The notes under the pieces are model-generated. The model had not been told where the DNA came from and ran no database searches. It was given only the letters and a program-made list of their open reading frames with translations. From Oscillospiraceae bacterium (GTDB lineage Bacteria; Bacillota; Clostridia; Oscillospirales; Acutalibacteraceae), in contig WRED01000003.1 of the NCBI GenBank assembly GCA_009779495.1, positions 8,459 to 72,458 of the forward strand: a stretch of DNA of 64,000 nt, in the 5' to 3' direction. Numbering within the stretch: position 1 is the first letter of the stretch; each line of letters opens with the position of its first letter. The translations under genes and the position numbers were made by a program. Positions 63,097-64,000 of this stretch are shown piece by piece.

Positions 63097-63773
63097 TCGT
63101 CAGCGCCTTTCTGCATAAAAATACTCGGTTGATCCGAAAAAGCCATTGCGCCTTTATATGTCGGCCAATCGGGAACGTAAACGTCATTTGCCTCGTTGCC
63201 CCACAGCGTCCAGTTTTCACGCACTCCGCGTGCAAACAGCTCCAGATACGGCTCGGGGCTGCACCTCTCGATGACGTCAAAAATTTCGTCCGGCTTGCGT
63301 GAATGCTCTCTTTTTTGGGAGCGGATCAGGTTGACCTGGCTGCGGGCCGGCGCAAGCGTTCTCGCGTTTACGCCCTTTGTTCCGAACAGCAGCAGTTCTG
63401 TTACGTTGCGAAAATAAAACCCTACTCCGCGTCCGTCGGGTTCCCCGTCCTTGCGAACCTTCTCCCAGACAATATTTGACTTGTATTGGAAGCCCCACGC
63501 CTTCATCACTTCCAGCCCGTCCGGCAATAACGCGTTCGGAACCCAAAGATAAAGGTGGCACGGATCCCCGGCAACCTCCCCGACTGGCATTGCCTTGATC
63601 TCTTCCAGCTTCATCGTCGCGTATCTGTTCAGCCTTTTATGTTCGGGCGCGACCTTGTCCGTCCGGTTCTGAAACTGCCACGGCGGATCCGCCAAAATCG
63701 TTTTAAACTTTTTTTCCCCGCAAAACGAAAGCAGGTCATGTTCCTGATGATAATTATAATTATGAGCGGACAA
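63087..63773 (-). CDS. MT-A70-family (DPPW) DNA N6-adenine methyltransferase
   Basis: ILADPPWQF catalytic motif, then LYLWVPN...AWGF...IVWEK...HSRKPDE. The proposed TTG start at 63773 lies 7 nt after GGGAGG. The stop overlaps the smc ATG by 10 nt. The ORF-track N-terminus (to 63983) looks non-coding in this frame. Confidence 0.8.
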   Translation of the reverse strand: MSAHNYNYHQEHDLLSFCGEKKFKTILADPPWQFQNRTDKVAPEHKRLNRYATMKLEEIKAMPVGEVAGDPCHLYLWVPNALLPDGLEVMKAWGFQYKSNIVWEKVRKDGEPDGRGVGFYFRNVTELLLFGTKGVNARTLAPARSQVNLIRSQKREHSRKPDEIFDVIERCSPEPYLELFARGVRENWTLWGNEANDVYVPDWPTYKGAMAFSDQPSIFMQKGADECF

Positions 63774-63775
63774 AC

Positions 63776-64000
63776 CTACGCCTCCCAATCCGTAATCGCC
63801 CTGGGAGTTATGCCAACAACCATAAGCGGGCAGCCGCCGTGGCGGCCTGAGTTTATGCGGGGAAGCAGCTTGCCCCTCCACGTGGTGCCTGCCCCGTATT
63901 TCTGTTTGATCCCTAATTTTGCAAACACATCGTTTAACTGCTCGCTGCGGGTAATAATAACGCCGCAGGAAATTATGCCGCACTCATAAAATGTCCGAAA
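63776..64000 (-). CDS. 3' end of a gene continuing beyond the window; tentatively a BamHI/BglII-like type II restriction endonuclease
   Basis: My own translation of the frame starting at 64000 reads FRTFYECGIISCGVIITRSEQLNDVFAKLGIKQKYGAGTTWRGKLLPRINSGRHGGCPLMVVGITPRAITDWEA, with TAG at 63778-63776. This is 2 nt before the methyltransferase start. The family call rests only on a remembered C-terminal pattern and on the adjacency. Confidence 0.4.
   Translation of the reverse strand, partial: FRTFYECGIISCGVIITRSEQLNDVFAKLGIKQKYGAGTTWRGKLLPRINSGRHGGCPLMVVGITPRAITDWEA

Noticed and set aside
1-64000. tRNA, rRNA, tmRNA, transposase, integrase or prophage genes.
   Set aside because: No T-loop-like GGTTCGAATCC or GGTTCAAATCC sequences, no rRNA-like conserved blocks and no ORFs with transposase, integrase or phage structural signatures were seen. 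Absence was judged by eye only. A tRNAscan or Infernal run would be decisive.

Overview
This 64-kb window is a chromosomal core segment of a high-GC Firmicutes genome. Hand counts of single 60-nt lines in core genes give about 58-60% GC. Protein signatures and gene order suggest Clostridia, possibly Oscillospiraceae or Ruminococcaceae, but that is inference only.

Gene content. About 60 CDS were called, most of them on the minus strand, and nearly all are housekeeping:
- Translation and ribosome: glyQS (3' part), gltX, leuS, rpsU, rsfS, efp.
- Cell shape: mreB-mreC-mreD-PBP2 followed by a MinD-like ATPase.
- Central and serine metabolism: pgk-tpiA-gpmI, serC-serA, an Fe-type alcohol dehydrogenase.
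- Cofactor and nucleotide metabolism: ribF, nadD-yqeK, dut, a dCMP deaminase.
- Fucose cluster: fucU, an FGGY kinase, fucI and two membrane proteins of unknown function.
- Others: sufC plus a sufB/D-like gene, smc, DegV, several transporters.

Accessory or unusual content:
1. An AT-rich single-gene insertion directly after gpmI encodes a TIR-domain protein fused to an XRE-type HTH. No known TIR partner gene is nearby. This is the best candidate for an undescribed defence or regulatory module.
2. An MT-A70 (DPPW) DNA methyltransferase lies 2 nt downstream of the 3' end of a restriction-endonuclease-like gene, and its own stop overlaps the smc start codon.
3. A nitrilase-family gene is split by a 161-164-bp MITE-like element with 18-bp terminal inverted repeats. 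Precise excision restores the reading frame.
4. There are at least five families of intergenic palindromic repeats. One of them carries the ribosome-binding region of four unrelated genes.
5. Short arrays with strict 7-nt periodicity carry TAG or TAA and Shine-Dalgarno-like purines next to gene ends and starts.

I saw no rRNA, tRNA, CRISPR array, transposase or integrase. All coordinates, alignments and GC values were worked out by hand from the sequence and the ORF track. No database search was run.
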